The position numbers and the translations under genes were made by a program. Positions 1 to 17,435 of a stretch of 64,000 bases of DNA are shown one piece after another (within the stretch, counting starts at the first letter, position 1; each line of letters opens with the position of its first letter). Under the pieces are notes generated by a model. That model was given only the letters and a program-made list of their open reading frames with translations, had not been told where the DNA came from and searched no databases. Source of the DNA: the human T2T-CHM13v2.0 reference genome, Homo sapiens; the NCBI RefSeq assembly GCF_009914755.1, contig NC_060925.1; one strand, 5' to 3'.

Positions 1-117
1 TAAGTATACCAGTCCTTATTCCAAAAAGAATATAGTTTTATCTGTAGGAAAATGAGTGCAGGTTTTCCCACAGTTATTCCTTTATACTTCATTACATCAA
101 TTAACATGAACTGACAG

Positions 118-730
118 CTGGTACTAGGCACTGTGCTTTCATATATATTATTTCCATTAAATTTCATTAAATGCCCTTAGGTAGGAATTATTATCTTAAT
201 TTGCAAACTGATTACATTTCTAAGTGAAAGAAACCAATCTGAAAAGCCTACATGCTATATGATTCCAACTATGTGATATTCTGGAAAAGGAAAAACTATA
301 AAGTAGAAAGATCAGTGGTTACCAGGGGCTAGAGGTTGAGAGACAGAGATAAATACATGGAGCACAGAGGATTTCAAGGGCAGTGAAAAATGCTCTGTAT
401 ATAATTATAATGATGAACACATGTCATGAAACATTTGCCCAAACTCATAAACTGTACAAAATCAAGAGTTAATCCTAATGTATGATAATAATGTGTCAAT
501 GTAGGTTCATTGACACAACAAATAATACCACTTTTCTGGAGGATGTTGATAATTGGAGAGGCTATGTACATGTGGGGGTGGGGGTATGTGAGAAATCTCT
601 TCCTTTAATTTTGCGATAACCTAAAACTGCTCTCAAAAAATAAAGTCTTTAATTAAAAAAAAAGATTATACTGAGAATTAGAAAAATTAAGTAACTTGTC
701 ATACGTCATTTAACTAGTTAGTAGTGCAGC
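118..730 (-). mobile_element. MIR relic split by an old L1 3' fragment
   Basis: Reverse MIR-like motifs at ~118-210 and ~670-730 (ctgaga..ttaagtaacttgtc..actagttagtagtgcagctgagat). Confidence 0.45.
219..663 (+). mobile_element. Old L1 (L1MC/L1MD-like) 3' end
   Basis: L1M 3'UTR motifs (ctaagtgaaagaaaccaatctgaaaag, gatcagtggttaccagggg, aacctaaaactgctct), AATAAA and an A tail. Confidence 0.7.
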
Positions 731-766
731 TGAGATAAATAAAACTTTGTTAAGAAAGTGTCTCAA

Positions 767-1447
767 GGCCAGGCATGGTGGCTCATGCCTGTAATCCTAG
801 GACTTTAGAAGATTCAAAGCTGGAGGATTCCTTGAGCTCAGGAGTTCAAGACCAGCCTGGGCAAAATAAATGAGACCTCATCTCTCTAAGCTTTTTTTAA
901 TTAGCCAGGTGATACAGTTTGGATGTTGTCCCCTCTAAATCTCATGTTGAACTATAATCTCATGTTGGAGTTGGGGCCTAGTGGGAAGTGACTGGATCAT
1001 GGGGGAAGATTTCTCGTGAAAAGTTTATCACCTTCTTCTTGGTGCTGTCTTCACAATAGTGAGTGAGTTATTGCAAGATCTGGCTGTTTAAAAGTACTCG
1101 GCACCCTCCTCCCCCTTCCTCTCTATTGTTCCATGTGACATGCTTGCTCCCACTTTGCCTTCTGCCATGATTGTGAGCTTCCTGAGTCCCTCACCAGAAG
1201 CAGATGCCAACATTACACTTCCTGTACTGTCTGCAGAACCGTGAGCCAATTAAACCTTTTTTCTTTATAAATTACCCATGCTTAGATGTTTCTCCATAAG
1301 AACACAGGAATGGCCTAATACACTGGGCATGGTTGCAAGTGCCTGTAGTCCTAGCTACTTGGGAGGCTAATGTGGGAGAATTGCTTGAACCCAGGAGGTC
1401 AAGACCAGCCTGGGTGACAGAATGAGACCCTGTATCAAATAAAAAAG
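767..1447 (+). mobile_element. AluJ interrupted by an MST LTR; right arm internally deleted
   Basis: Left arm 767-909; right arm resumes at 1323 and ends in an A-rich tail. Confidence 0.85.
910..1322 (+). mobile_element. MSTB-like MaLR solo LTR
   Basis: TG...CA termini (tgatacagtttggatg...ggcctaataca), ATTAAA signal, 5-bp TSD ccagg/ctggg. Confidence 0.88.
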
Positions 1448-1677
1448 GGGGTGGGTCTCAAACTGAGAAATAATAGCCATTTGCTTATCAGACTACTAAC
1501 TGATATTACAAGATAATTATCTTGTTATTACAATAGTCAATATCCATTAATAATACTTCATGAATGAATTTTAAAGGCTATACTCTTTTTATCTTGTTAC
1601 TGCTAGTGAATTTCATCACTGACAATTGCTATTTATACATATACATATGCATACTGAACCCTATCTAAGAGACAATA

Positions 1678-1925
1678 GGGCATAATATAGTTAAGTACAC
1701 AATAGAAGAAGATGGCCTAACTTCCAATCTCAGGTATGCCACTACCAACTGTTTGACCTTGGAAAAGGTACTTAACTGCACTGTACCTCAGTTTCTCCAT
1801 CTGTAAAATAACAATAATAATAGTACTTACTTCCCTATGCCTTATGGGTGTTATAAAGAATAAATAATATTTGTAATTTTTGAAGTATCTGGCATATGGT
1901 AAGAGTTATGTAAGAGCTTGTTAAA
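1678..1925 (+). mobile_element. MIR
   Basis: Core tgaccttgg..acttaac..tgtacctcagtttctccatctgtaaaat. Confidence 0.8.
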
Positions 1926-1999
1926 TATATACATTCATACACACACACACATATACATACCCACATATATACATAAGTATATTATATGTTTCTTTGCAA

Positions 2000-3230
2000 G
2001 TAAAGGAGATAGAGGGTTAGAAATGGGTTGCTATTTTAAATAGGGTGGTCAGAAAAGATCTCCTTTGAGGGTGATTTGAGTAGAAACCTGAAGAAAGTAA
2101 GGGGACGTAAGCCATGTGGATAACTGAAGAAAATGTGTTCCAAGAAGAAGGAACAGCAAAAGCATATATCCTGAGGTGAGAGTGTTCAGCACAGTCAGTA
2201 AAGACAAGGACACCAGTATGGTCTGAACAGAGTTAGCAATGAAGACAGAAGTGGGTATTGGAGAGGTAGGGGATCATGAAGGACCTTAAGGATCAGTGTA
2301 AAAACTTAGGTTTTTAGTCTAAAGCAGATGAGATGTAATCAGAAGATTTTGAGATGACATATATTTTTAAAGAATCACTCTGGCTACTACCTGAAAAACT
2401 AACTGTAGGGGTAGAAAAGTGGAAGCAAGGAAAACATCAGGACTCATTCATCAGGATTTACATTTGCTAATGAATCTGATATAGATTGCTAGAGAAAGAG
2501 AGGATTTAAGAATAACTTCAAGGTTTCTGGCTTGAAGAGCATGAAGAATTGAGCTTTTGTCTATTGAGAAACAGATTTGAAAGGGGAGAAAATCAAAAGT
2601 TTATGTCTGGGCATATATGTTTGGGAAGCCTATTAGATATCCAAGTAAAGATATTAAGTTGAGAGTTTCATACACAAGTATGGAATTCAGTAGAGATGTC
2701 GAGGCTTAAGGTATAAAGGTGGGAGCCATCCACATTTAGATAATACTTAAAGGAACTAAACTGAATAAGATGACATAGGGAACCAGTAGATAGGAAAATT
2801 TTCTAGAGTACTAAATCCTGAGGTATTTCAAAGGTTTAAGGTTCAGGAAAATGAGAAACAAACAAGTGAAACATCAACAACAACAACAATGAGTTAGGAG
2901 GAGAGCCAAGAGAGTGGTCTCAGAAGCTAAGAGATGAAACAGTTTCAAAAAGGTAGAGGACATAATCAACTGTGTCAAATCCTGCCAAGGTCAAGAAAAT
3001 GAAGAATGAGAAAAACTGACTATTGCATTTGGTAAACTGGAGGTCACTGATGACCTTGACAAGAGCTTCAGTGGAGTAGTGGGCAATGAAAGCCTGATTG
3101 GAGCAGGTTCAAAAGAGAAAGGAGGACAAGTGGTAATATCAAGTACAGTAAACTCTTTTGGGGGAAGTTTTGCTGTAAAGGAGAATAGAGAAATGGAGCA
3201 AATGATGGAAGAGTATGTTAGAAGGAGAGG
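2000..3230 (-). mobile_element. L2 (LINE-2) fragment
   Basis: Purine-rich antisense L2 motifs (tagggtggtcagaaaag, aagaatcactctggct, gcctattagatatccaagt, ggaggtcactgatgaccttgacaagagc). Confidence 0.75.
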
Positions 3231-3278
3231 CGTCAGGTGGTATAATCCAATATCAGAACCTTGAAAGATAAATTTTTA

Positions 3279-3719
<441 letters not shown>

Positions 3720-4159
3720 TTACAGTAAACTTGTGGAAGGGAGGTTCAGAGTTGAGATTGAGATTATAGATTTTGCTGATGATAAACCATGAGTTCCAGA
3801 GGACATAGTAGACTATTCTGGGCAGTTATACAGGGGTGGATGGAATGTGGGAGTGGGGTTGTATAGTGCCATAAAGAAATGAGAGTCCGGATTAAAAATA
3901 ATGAGCTGGACTCGCGAGCCTTTTGTAACTGAAATAAATAGAAAAATAAGAAATACATTATTTCTGTGATTGTTGAGAGGAAGAAATGGTGGAAATCTTG
4001 TGAGAAGCACACTGAGCTCTAGCACCACCTCTTCACTCCTACAGATGGTGGAATAAACGGCAGGCAAGTTCAAAATCACATATAGTCATTATTGCAAGAT
4101 AGTTCTATGGATATAGATACTACATACAATATAAATCATGCTCATTGAATGGTTCAGTG

Positions 4160-5020
4160 GAAACTACTCTGAACTTCAAATCAACAAACTTGGGACATCA
4201 CCAAGATAGCAAAATAGAAGGTAACCCCACTGTCAGTCTAAAGTCTTTTTATGGGAGCCACAGGATTGAGGCAGGATTTTGTGAAACCCCTAGTGGAGCC
4301 CAAAACCTAGGAGGGTCATTTTCAGAGTGTAAACTGATGCCCAGGTGGCTGATCTGCCCCACAGAGTGTGCTTGCTGGTTCAAGCCTGGAAAAGTCCCAG
4401 TCCCCTAAGAGGCTTGGCTACAGTCCCATTTGGCCTTGAGCCTGCAACCAAAACCATCTGCCACGGGGTCCAAAAGGAATCACACACAATAGTGCACTGG
4501 TGAAAAGGCTCACCTACCCCCTTACATTGGTCTTGGCAGTGAATCTTAAAGTTGCCTGTGCTTTGGCTCCAGCCTTCCTCACCTGAGGTCCCAGCTCACA
4601 ACTGCTTGCACAGGGACCTGTATTTTACAGCCCAGGAGTATGAGATTCCCTGACTGGCATGCCAACTTCTGTCACAGCAGATCCTGAGGGGCTAAGTCTC
4701 AGCTTTGGTTCTTCTTGCTGTGGTTGAGGAACTATTCCATCTGCGCTAAGACCTGCTACAACACATGTATCTGTATGGACTAAAGAGATGGGCTCCCCAG
4801 CCTCTGTCCCACAGGAGATCCCAAGAGGGCCCAGTCCCAGATCCAGCTCCCCTGCTATAATGAGAAAACTATCCCATCTGTGCAGGGACTTGCGAGGAGA
4901 CATGCCTCTCAAAGTCAACAAGACCAGGTTCTCTAGCCTATATCCCACAGCAAATCCTGAGAGGGATTAGTCTCAGCTCCAGTCCCTTCCACTGCAGTTG
5001 GGGAGCTATCCCATCTGTGA
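4160..5020 (+). mobile_element. Probable 5' UTR fragment of an old L1M
   Basis: More GC-rich block with an internal repeat (ctatcccatctgtg twice), resembling L1M 5' UTRs. Family not certain. Confidence 0.35.
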
Positions 5021-5094
5021 TCTGATGGTTACTGTAAGAAAAAGTATCTGGACAGTTATAGGAAGGCTTCTCTGAGAACGCAGTAATAAGAAAC

Positions 5095-5340
5095 AGTAAT
5101 AACAACATCTAATATTTTATAGTATGTAACATTACCAAACATTATTCAAAGTGTTTTATAAATTTAGCTCATTTAATCTTCGCAACAACCCTATGAGCTA
5201 CATATTCCCATTTTATCAGAAACTGGAGTACAGATTGATTAAGTAATTTGTTCTTGTCTCACAGGAACTACGTGTAAGAGCTGGGCTTAAAACCTAAGCA
5301 ACCTGGAAAAAATACCTATATCCTAGACCATTATGCTACC
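5095..5340 (-). mobile_element. MIR
   Basis: ctcatttaatcttcgcaacaaccctatgag..cccattttat..gaaactg..ttaagtaatttg. Confidence 0.75.
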
Positions 5341-5356
5341 CTAACAGTTTGCTAAA

Positions 5357-7720
5357 TGTCTTAGTTTATCTTCTTCTGCTATAACAGAATACCACAGACT
5401 AGGTAGTTTATAAGAAAAAAAAACACCTTATTTGGCTCAACAGTTCTGTAGGCTGCAAAGTCCAAGAACATGCCACATCTGGTGAGGATAATTCCACAAC
5501 AAAAGGCAGAAGGGCAAGAGAACATGTGAAATAGAGGGAAACAAAGAACCAAAATCCCACAATAACTAATTCACTCCACAATAACAGCATTAAATGATTC
5601 ATGAGGACAGAACTTTCATGACTAATCACCTCTTAATGGTCCCCGCTCTTAACACTGTTATAACGACAATTAAATTTCAACATGAGTTTTAAAGGGGACA
5701 TTCAAACCATAGCATTCATCTGCTGGCACCCCAAATCTCATTTCCTTTGCACATACAAAATACATTTATTCTGTCTCAATAGCCCCAAAGTCTTAACCAG
5801 TTCAAGCACAAACTCAAAAGTCCATGGTCTAAAGTCTCATAGAAATCAAATATGGGTGAGACTCAAGGCATGATTCTTCCTGAGGCAAATTCCCTCTAAC
5901 TGTGAGCCTGTCAAATCGAAGCAAGTTATCTACTTACAAAATACAATGGTGGAAAAGGCATAGGATAGACATTCCCATTCCAAAAATGAAAGACAGGCAA
6001 GAATAAAAGGGTAACAATGTCCATGTAGGAACAAAACTCAACAGGGCAAACAACATTAAATTTTAAAGCTGAAGAATAACCTCCATTGACTACATGCCCC
6101 ACATCCAGGGCACACTGGTGTGGATATTGGGCCCCCAAGGCCTCAGGCAGTCCTGCCCCTATGGCGTTGCTGGGCTCAGCCCACACGTCAGTGCTCTTGG
6201 ATTAGAGCCTCATGCCTGCAGCTCTCTCATGCTTGAGTTGGATGCTGGTGGCCCTACAGTTCTGTGATCTTGAGGATGGCCCCATACCATGGTTTCACTA
6301 GGCTTTACACTGATAAGTACTGTCTGTGACAGCTCTGCACCTGCAGCAGGTTGCTGCCTGGGCAACTAGGCTATTTGCAACATCCTTGGATATAGAGGTA
6401 GACAGAGCTACACTCTCCATAGCTTAACATCACATGGATGACACCAAGGTTTATGGCATGTACCTTCTAGAGCAGTGTATTGAGCCACACCTGTGCCTAC
6501 TTGAGCCACAACTAGGACAGCTGGAAAGCACTGTGCCAGAATGCAAGAAGTAGACTCTCAAGGAGGCCCTGGCAGCAAGCCCATGGAGGGTGCCCCAGGC
6601 CCATCCCTAAAAACAATTCTTCCCTCCTAGAGCTCTGGACCTGTAATGGAAGGAGCATCCTTAAGGGTCTTTGAAATGCCTTCAAGGTCTTTCTCCCATT
6701 GTCTATATGAATAGCACCTGGCTCTCTTCTAGCCATGGTAATCTCTTTAGCAAAGTATTTCCTGGCCACACCATTGTTTCACTCTCCTAAAGACTCCTTA
6801 TCATTCTACTTTGCCAGGCTGTGAATTTTCCAAATCTTTCCAATCTGCTTCCCTTTTGATTATAAATTGTGTCTTTGTCTCATTTATTTCCTCTCACATC
6901 TCTCTGTATGTGGTTAAAAGCAGCCATTTTAAAAGTTTAAATGCTTTGTTGCTTAGATATTTCTTCCACCAGATATCCTTGTTCATCACTCCTAAGTTCT
7001 GCATTCCACAAAGCCAAGAGGAAGTGAAACAATTCAACCAAAGTCTTTGCAACTTTATAATGAGGATGGTCTTTACTCCAGTTTCCAATACCTTTTCCTT
7101 ACTTCTGTCTGAACTTCATCAGAATAGCCTTTGCTGTCTATATATCTACCAAAATTCTGCTCACAACCACTTAAGTAATCTCTTGGAAAATTCAGAATTT
7201 CCATATAGATCTCTTGAGCCCTCACCAGAATCACCCTTACTGCTTCTTTTATGGCAATACAGGATTCTTCTAGCCTACTCCTCCAAGTTCTTTGAGCCTC
7301 TATCTATTACGCAGATCCAAAGCCACTCCCACATATTCATATATTTGTGATGACAACAGCCTGAGATTCCTGTACCAATTTTCTGTCTTAATTCATTTTC
7401 TGCTGCTATAACAAAATACCACAGACTGGGTGATTTATAAAGAAAAAGGTTATTTGGCTCACAGTTCTGAAGCCTAGGAAGTCTAAGAGCAAAGTGTCAT
7501 ATCTGAGGAGGGTGATACCATGGTGGAAGACAGAAGAGCAAAAGGGCCCATAAGAGAGAGAAAAGGGGGGCTGAACTCTCATGTAACTAACCCACTCCCA
7601 CAATAATGGCATTAATCCCTTCATGACCTAATCACCTCTTAAAGGTCTCACCTCTCAAAAATATTACAATAGCAATTAAATTTAAACATAAATTTTAAAG
7701 GAGATAATCAAACCATAACA
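5357..7720 (-). mobile_element. Complete MST-family MaLR provirus (LTR 5357-5714, internal 5715-7383, LTR 7384-7720)
   Basis: Two related LTRs with TG..CA ends around a ~1.67 kb MaLR internal region; 5-bp TSD ctaaa (5352-5356) / ctgaa (7721-7725). Confidence 0.9.
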
Positions 7721-7770
7721 CTGAATAAAGATAATTAAAAGAGGCTACTTAGGACAATTTTAAGTAAAAA

Positions 7771-8226
7771 TTATCGGGCAGTTCCAAGATGACCAAACAG
7801 GAACAGCTCCAGCCTACAGCTCCCAGCGTGAGCAACGCAGAAGACAGGTGATTTCTGCATTTCCAACGGAGGTACTGGGTTCATCTCACTGGGGCATGTT
7901 GGACAGTGGGTGCAGGACAGTGGGTGCAGCCCACCGAGTGACAGCCGAAGCAGGGTGAGGCATTGCCTCACCCAGGAAGTGCAAGGGGTCAGGGAATTCC
8001 CTTTCTTAGCCAAGGGAAGCCATGACAGACAGCAGCTGGAAAACTGGGTCACTCCCACCCTAATACTGTGCTTTTCCAATGGTCTTAACAAACGGCACAC
8101 CAAGAGATTATATCCCGCGCCTGGCTTGGAGGGTCCCACGCCCACCGGGCCTCGCTCATTGCTAGCACAGCAGTCTGAGATCAAACTGCAAGGGGGCAGT
8201 GAGGCTGGGGAAGGGGCACCCGCCAT
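7771..8226 (-). CDS. ORF0: L1 antisense ORF0 of copy A, open for 151 aa
   Basis: MAGAPSPASLPPCSLISDCCASN... inside ORF 7771..8352(-); ATG at 8226. Confidence 0.6.
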   Translation of the reverse strand: MAGAPSPASLPPCSLISDCCASNERGPVGVGPSKPGAGYNLLVCRLLRPLEKHSIRVGVTQFSSCCLSWLPLAKKGNSLTPCTSWVRQCLTLLRLSLGGLHPLSCTHCPTCPSEMNPVPPLEMQKSPVFCVAHAGSCRLELFLFGHLGTAR

Positions 8227-8801
8227 TGCTGAGGCTTGAGTAGGTAAACAAAGCGGCCCACAAGCTCGAACTGGGTGGAGCCCACTGCAGCTCAAGGACC
8301 CCTGACTGCCTTTGTAGACGCCACCTCTTGGGGCAAGGGCATAGCCGAACAAAAGGCAGCAGAAACCTCTGCAGATTTAAATGTCCCTGTCTGAGAGCTT
8401 TGAAGAGAGTAGTGGTTCTCCCAGCAAGGAGTCTGAGATCTGAGAACGGACAGGCTGCCTCCTCAAGTGGGTCCCTGACCCTGAGGAGCCTAACTGGGAG
8501 ACACCCCCTAATAGGGGCAGACTGACACCTCACACGGCCAGGTACTCCTCTGAGACGAAGCTTCCAGAGGAATGATCAGGCAGCAACATTTACTGTTCAG
8601 CAATATTCACTGTTCTACAGCCTCCGCTGCTGATACCCAGGCAAACAGGGTCTGGAGTGGACCTCCAGCAAACTCCAACAGACCTTCAGCTGAGGGACCT
8701 GATTGTTAGAAGGAAAACTAACAAACAGAAAGGACATCCACACCAAAACCCCATCTGTACGTCACCATCATCAAAGACCAAAGGTAGATAAAACCACAAA
8801 G

Positions 8802-9819
8802 ATGGGGAAAAAACAGAGCAGAAAAGCTGAAAATTCTAAAAATCTGAGCGCCCCTCCCCTTCAAAAGGAACACAGCTCCTCGCCAGCAACGGAACAAAGC
8901 TGGATGGAGAATGACTTTGATGAGTTGAGAGAAGAGGGCTTCAGACAATCAAAGTTCTCCAAGCTAAAGGAGGAAGTTCGAACCCATCACAAAGAAGCTA
9001 AAAACCTTGAAAAAAGATTAGATGAATGACTAACTACAATAACCAGTGTAGAGAAGTCCTTAAATGATCTGATGGAGCTGAAAACCATGGCACAAGAACT
9101 ACGTGATGAATGCACAAGCTTCAGTAACCAATTCGATCAACTCAAAGAAAGGGTATCAGTGATTGAAGATCAAATGAATGAAATGAAGTGACAAGGGAAG
9201 TCTAGAGAAAAAAGAGTAAAAAGAAAAGAACAAAGCCTCCAAGAAATATGTGACTTTGTGAAAACACCAAATCTACGTCTGATTGGTATACCTGAAAGTG
9301 ACGGGGAGAATGGAACCAAGTTGGAAAACACTCTGCAGGATATTATCCAGGAGAACTTCCCCAACCTAGCAAGGCAGGCCAACATTCACATTCAGGAAAT
9401 ACAGAGAACGCCACAAAGATACTCCTTGAGAAGAGCAACTCCAGGACACATAATTATCAGATTCACCAAAGTTGAAATGAAGGAAAAAATGTTAAGGGCA
9501 GCCAGAGAGAAAGGTCAGGTTACCCACAAAGGGAAGCCCATCAGACTAACAGCGGATCTCTCGGCAGAAACCCTACAAGCCAGAAGAGAGTGGGGGCCAA
9601 TATTCAACATTCTTAAAGAAAAGAATTTTCAACCTAGAATTTTTATCCACCCAAACTAAGCTTCATAAAAGTGAAGGAGAAATAAAATCCTTTACAGACA
9701 AGCAAATGCTGAGAGATTTTGTCACCACCAGGCCTGCCCAACAAGAGCTCCTGAAAGAAGCACTAAACATGCAAAGGAACAACCGGTACCAGCCACTGCA
9801 AAATCATGCCAAATTATAA
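8802..9819 (+). pseudogene. L1 ORF1p of copy A, disrupted
   Basis: MGKKQSRK... with stops (e.g. 9027-9029) and frameshifts near 9645-9670. Confidence 0.92.
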
Positions 9820-9882
9820 ACACCATTGATGCTAGGAAGAAATTGCATCAACTAAGGAGCAAAATAACCAGCTAACATCATC

Positions 9883-13710
<3,828 letters not shown>

Positions 13711-14098
13711 ACAATGAGAACACTTGGACACAGGAAGTGGAACATCACACACCAGGGCCTGTCGTGGGGTGGGAGTATGGGGGAGGGACAGCATTAGGAG
13801 ATATACCTAACGTAAATGATGAGTTAATGGGTGCAGCACACCAACATGGCACATGTATACATATGTAACAAACCTGCACGTTGTGCACATGTACCCTAGA
13901 ACTCAAAGTATAACTTTTAAAAAAAAGAAAAAAAAACAAACAAACAATTCTAATTGGGTTAAACAAATTAAAAAAGGGTCTTAGAAAAAAAATTGTCTTC
14001 AATATCCTAAAACTCACTAAGAGCAATGCAATTCAATATATCAAACGAAAATTTATATTCATAATTTTAAATTTTAACCATCAATGCAAATATATCTA

Positions 14099-14682
14099 AG
14101 TATTAGGGTTCTCCAGAAGGACACAACTAATAGGATATATGTATATTTGAAAGGGAGTTTATTAGGATCAAAGGCTCACACGATCACAAGGCAAAGTCCC
14201 ACAATAGGCCATCTGCAAGCTGAAGAAGAAAAAAGCCAGTAGTGGCTCAGTCCAAGTCCAAAAGCCTCAAAAGTAGTGAAGCCAACAGAGCACCCTTCAG
14301 TCTGTGGCTGAAGGCCAGAGAGCCCCCAGAAAACCACTAGCGTTAAGTCCAAGAGTCCAAAAGTCGAAGAAGCTGGAATCTGATGTCCAAGGGCAGGAGA
14401 AAAAGAAGGAAGCATCCAGCATGGGAAAAAGATGAAAGCCAGAAGACTAAGCAAGCCAGCATATCCCACCTTATTCTGCCTACTTTGCTCTGGCGGCGCT
14501 GGCAGCCGATTGGATGGTGCCCACCCACAGTGAGGGTGGGTCCTCTCCCTCCTCCCAGTCCACTGACTCAAATATCAATATCCTCTGGCAACACCCTCAC
14601 TAATACAACCAAAAAAATACTTTACCAGCTATCCAGGCATCCTTCAATCCAATCACATTGACACCTAATATTAACCATCACC
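14099..14682 (-). mobile_element. MLT2B-like ERVL solo LTR
   Basis: gtattagggttctccagaagg...attaaccatcac; approximate TSD atcta/atctt. Confidence 0.82.
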
Positions 14683-14751
14683 ATCTTGTTTTCTAAGAAA
14701 TGAAAATTTTCTACCAAGTTAAAGGGAGAAATAAACACATAAAAGAATTTG

Positions 14752-17120
14752 TGCTTTCTGCATTTATTGAGAAAATCATGTTTTTGTCTTTTGTGGTTTT
14801 GTTTTTGTTTATGTGATGAGTCACATTTATTGATTTGCCTATAGTGAACCAAGAATCCTGGGGATAAAGCCTACTTGATCACTGTGTATAAGCTTTTTCA
14901 TGTTCTGCTGGATTCAGTTTGCCAATATTTTGTCGAGGATTTTTACTCTCAATAAACTAGGTATTGAAGGAACATAGCTCAAAATAATAAGAGCCATATA
15001 TAACAAACCCACAGCTAACATCATACTGAATGGGAAAAAGCTGGAAGTATTCCCCTTAAAAACAATCAAAAGACAAGGATGCCCTCTCTCACCACTCCAA
15101 TTCAACATCGTATTTGAAGTCCTCGCCAGGGCAATCGGGAGAGAGAAAGAAATAAAGGTATCCAAATTGGAAGAGAGGAAGTCAAAGTATCCCTGCTTGC
15201 AGACGACATTATCCCATATCTGGAAAACACCATCATCTCAGCCCAAAAGCTTCTTAAGCTCATAAACAACTTCAGCAAAATCTTACAATATTTTATATAC
15301 AAAATCAATGTGCAGAAATTGCTAGCATTCCTACAAACCAACAACAGCCAAGCCAAGAGCCAAATCAGGAACAAACTCACATTAACAATTGCCACAAAAA
15401 GAGTAAAATACCTAGGAATACAACTAACTAGGGAGGTAAAAAATCTCTACAAGGAGAACTACAAACCACTGCTCAAAGAAATTAGAGATGACACACACAA
15501 ATGGAAAAGCATTACATGCTCATGGATAGGAAGAATCAATATTTTTAAAATGGCAATACTGCCCAAAGCAATTTATAGATTTGATGCTATTCCTATTAAA
15601 TTAGCATTGAGATTCTTCACAGGTGAACTAGAAAAAAAACTTTTTAAAATTCTTAGGGAACCAAAAAAAGAGCTCGAATAGCCAAGACAATCCTAAGCAA
15701 AAACAACAAAGCTGGAGGCATCACGCTACTCGACTTCAAACAATCCTACAGAGCTACAGTTACCAAAACAGCATGTATTGGTACAAAAACAGACACATAG
15801 TCCAATGGAACAAAATAGAAACCAAGAAATAAGACTGCAAACAAACAACTATCTGATCTTTGACAAACCTGACAAAAACAAGCAATGGGGAAAGGACACC
15901 CTGTTCAATAAATGGTGCCGGGATAACTGGTTAGCCATATGCAGAAGGCTGAAACTGGATCCCTTCCTTTTACCAAATACAAAAACCAACTCAAGATGAA
16001 TTAAAGACTTAAATGTAAAACCTAAAACTATAAAATCCCTAGAAGAAAACCTAGGAAATACCATTTTAAACAAATGCCCTGGCAAAGATTTGATGATGAA
16101 GATGTGATGATGGTGACAAAATAAAAAAAAAATAAGTGTGACCTAAGTAAACTAAAGAGCTTCTGCACAGCAAAAGAAACGATCAACAGAGTAATCAGAA
16201 AACCTACAGAATGGGAGAAAAATTTTGCAAACTATGCATTTGACTAAGGTCTAATATCAAGAATCTATAAGGAACTTAAACAAACATATAAGAAAAAACA
16301 AAATAACCCCATTAAAAAGTGGGCAAGGGACATGAACAGACACTTCTCAAAAGAACACATACAAGTGAACACAATTATATGAAAAAAAAGCTAAACATCC
16401 CTGTTCACTGGAAAAATGCAAATCAAAACCACAATGAGATACCATTTCACACCAGTCAGAATAGCTATTATTAAAAAGTCATAAAAATAACTGATGCTGG
16501 CAAGGTTGTGGAGGAAAAAAAGAATGATTCTACAATGTTGGGGGAAGTGTAACTTAGTTCAACCATTGTAGAAGACAGTGTGGTGATTCCTCGAAGACCT
16601 AAAGACAGAACTACCATTCAACCCAGCAATCCCATTACTAGAGTATATACCCAAACGAATATAAATTGTTCTATTATATAGACACATGCGTGTGTATGTT
16701 AATTGCAGCACTATTCACAATAGCAAAGACATGGAATCTTCCCAAATGTCCATCAATGATAGACTGGATAAAGAAAATGTGGTACATATATACAATGGAA
16801 TACTATGCATGCAGGGACAGGGTTGGAGCTGGGGGCCATTATCCTTAGCAAACTAACACAGGAACAAAAAACCAAATACTGCATGTTCTCACTTACAATT
16901 GGGAGTTAAATGATGAGAACACATTGACACATAGAGGGGAACAACACACACTGGGGCCTTCTGGAGGATGGAGAGTGGGAGGAGGGAGAGGATCAGGAAA
17001 AATAACTAACGGGTGCTGGCTTAATACATGGGTGATGAAATAATCTGTACAACAAACCCCTATGACATGTTTACATATGTAACAAACCTGCACACATACC
17101 CCTGAACTTAAAAGTTTAAA
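14752..17120 (+). mobile_element. 5'-inverted, truncated older L1PA (L1PA13-16-like)
   Basis: Antisense ORF2 piece 14752-14945, then sense ORF2 and 3'UTR; TSD aaaagaatttgtg 14741-14753 / aaaagaatgggtg 17121-17133. Confidence 0.85.
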
Positions 17121-17279
17121 AAAAGAATGGGTGTTACCTAATCCAAATATAAAATAAAAAGTTTTATTTGGATTTATTTATTTATTTATTTATTTATTTG
17201 ATTGATTAGGTTCACAAATATTTATTTAGCATTTACTATCTAGAAGGCATACTGCTGGTCACTGCATAGGTGTATGAAT

Positions 17280-17435
17280 AATATCTAAGTTTTATAGTGC
17301 TTGCTATATGCCAGGCATCATGCTAGTATTTCAATTAAGATGATAAACTATCCAATTTAATCCTCATATCTCCCACAACAATAAGGTAATTGCTATTATT
17401 ATTTACACTGTAACAGAAAAAATAGAGAAACTGAG
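17280..17435 (-). mobile_element. MIR fragment
   Basis: tgcttgctatatgccaggc..tttaatcctca..tgctattatt..gaaactgag. Confidence 0.55.

Noticed and set aside
6811-7350. 179-aa plus-strand ORF
   Set aside because: Antisense to the MST internal region, non-ATG start, no recognisable domain.
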